Origin: Selaginella moellendorffii
Lineage: Eukaryota; Plantae; Lycopodiophyta
Length of the DNA: 64,000 nucleotides
Assembly: GCF_000143415.4 (NCBI RefSeq)
Contig: NW_003314308.1
Location: 1,220,654-1,284,653 of the forward strand
Direction of reading: 5' to 3'
Position numbers and translations under genes: made by a program. The notes under the pieces were generated by a model. That model was not told the origin of the DNA and searched no databases. It was given only the letters and a program-made list of their open reading frames with translations. Below are positions 62,021-64,000 of the stretch, piece after piece; position 1 is the stretch's first letter; every line of letters begins with the position of its first letter.

Positions 62021-64000
62021 GGCATCAATCGATCGAGATCGATGGATCCAGGGGTGGGATAGCTACTGCGATTCTCTCCTCGCTCTAAGGAAGGAGGAAC
62101 TATATAGTTTTGACGGAAGAACTTAGTAGAAGGAGACGTGAAGAAGAAAGAGATCACACACTCTCGAATGGATCTCGTGTGTTCTTCCGGGAGTTTCTCT
62201 AAGTTAAATGCTTGGGTGATACGAAAAAGGAGGAGGCAGCTTTAAAGATGCTGTGGAAGAGCAGGCAAAAACACACACAAGACTGGCAGGGCACACAAAG
62301 CAAAAGTGATAGTTGGGCTCAAGCAATCAAGCCTGGAAGATCGATTTGGGGGTGTTTGGATTGGATCTCTACAGGCAGCTGGATGCGCTGCTGCTGCTGC
62401 TGCTCGGAGGATCCGCGGCGCTGCTGCTCTTGTGCCATGGTGGAGGAAGTATCGCTGCTGCGGCGGCAATGCTTGCTGTTCAAGAGAGCTGTGGGCAAAT
62501 TGAGAGCTTGGATGCTACCGCGGCTGCCAGTGCTGCCACTCCAATGGATCATCATCAATTCCTCATCCTGTTCCAGAGCTTGCCCCATCAATCACTCGAC
62601 GCGATCGATGGATTGATCAATCGTCTTTGTGGGAAAGAAAGAAAGCGAGCTTTCCAATCCAATCCAATCCAATCCAAAATCGCTCACTCTACTGTAGCTA
62701 AGTAGAGGGAAAACGGATTAACATCCCACATCTCTCTTTCTCTCTCTCTCGCTCTCTCTCTCCCTCGAGAGGTTTAGGTTGCAAACTTGATGCCTGGATT
62801 CAAGGAGCAAAACTATATGCCCCGCGAATATTCCACGCGTCCAACGTAAACCCTAAAACCCGGCAGGGAATCGAGCGCGTGACGCGTCACCGGTCTTACA
62901 TTAAAAAACAAAGAAATATCTCACCTGGCCTTCCTTTACACCCTTGGCAGGGCACGGTAAAAACAAAAAAGGAAAATTACCTTGTCATTGACCGGGGGCG
63001 GGCGTGGTGAAACCTTGCCAGATAAGTTAGCTAGAGAGATAGCAGTACCAATACCAGCCCACCTAACCACAATAACCCACCACCCACAGCCGTGGCCAAA
63101 TAGCAGATGCCGCCAAACGCTGGTATCAGGCGCATATTCACTGGATAATACGAGGCCCTCCACCATACGAAGTACAATACAGCAAGGGCATGGGACTTCT
63201 GGCAGGGCAGTCAGAGCCTGCGAGGCTTTAAATGCGAGCCACCTACTCTCATGCCATCATTCCCTCAACCATTGATTAAACTCTTCCAATCTTCGCTTCC
63301 ATTCCAACGGTTTAAAACTTAACTAAGTTACCCAAGAACCCTAAAAAGTTCTTAAGCGGGTCATGCATTTCTTGAGCCCCCTATGCCTCCACGAACGACA
63401 ATTGTCACATGTGTGCATTAGGGGGGTTATGTCATTCATGACAAACGAGTTACGCAGCGAGGGGACGAGAGAGAGAGAGAGAGAGGCGAAGAGATCGGAT
63501 CTTCCAAAGGAAAGCATTGCGGGGGAATTTTGTAATGCCCGGGGCATTTGTTTATGGTTTGGGCAGCAGTCAATCCGAGAGAAAACAAATGGAGCGTTTT
63601 CATTGAACTCTCAGCCCCAGGAAAGACGAAGACGCGAAGACGACCTAAACTTTGCCGCCATTGGGCATATTTTACAAATCATATGGAGTGGAGGGTTGGC
63701 CCCTTGGCTTGCGGAAAAGAGAAAAATGCCTTCGTCGGGGATAATCATGCGCATTTCCTCGGGGTTTGGGCTAATGAGTGGACACACATGGAAGTTGCTA
63801 TCGGCTGCTTTTGTGGATGATCGATAAAAATTGCTAGCATTGGATTGCATGGTTCGAAAACAATGATATAATCTCAATCTGGGGTAACGAAAAAATTAAA
63901 TCGCGGAGGTCCATTGGGCATTTGGTCACATGCAGGTTGACGTTGAATAAACCCAATCTTTTGAAATGGGCGAATATCTCCGAGATACGCTTCCTTTGTC

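Overview
Compact eukaryotic land-plant DNA. The mostly 50-90 nt introns, ~100-150 bp intergenic gaps, a DYW-less PLS PPR gene and a flagellar NME5/RSP23-type NDP kinase point to a plant with motile sperm, most likely the lycophyte Selaginella (inference, not a database match). Left to right: GRF transcription factor (+); NME5-like NDK (-); ABIL (-); an S/T-Q-rich orphan ORF (+); a tandemly duplicated [CYP pseudogene - UGT - CYP71-clan P450] unit whose second copy carries a Copia insertion and a frameshifted P450; a probably plastid-targeted divergent macrodomain protein with a prion-like tail (-); two intronless, bacterial-like type II flavin monooxygenases flanking an ~18 kb nest of solo LTRs, TRIMs and Gypsy remnants; an OXS3-like gene (+); a PLS-E PPR gene (-); and a second GRF (-). 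The best candidate for an undescribed system is a specialised-metabolism gene cluster combining P450, UGT and an apparently horizontally acquired type II FMO, whose two copies differ mainly in one short segment.
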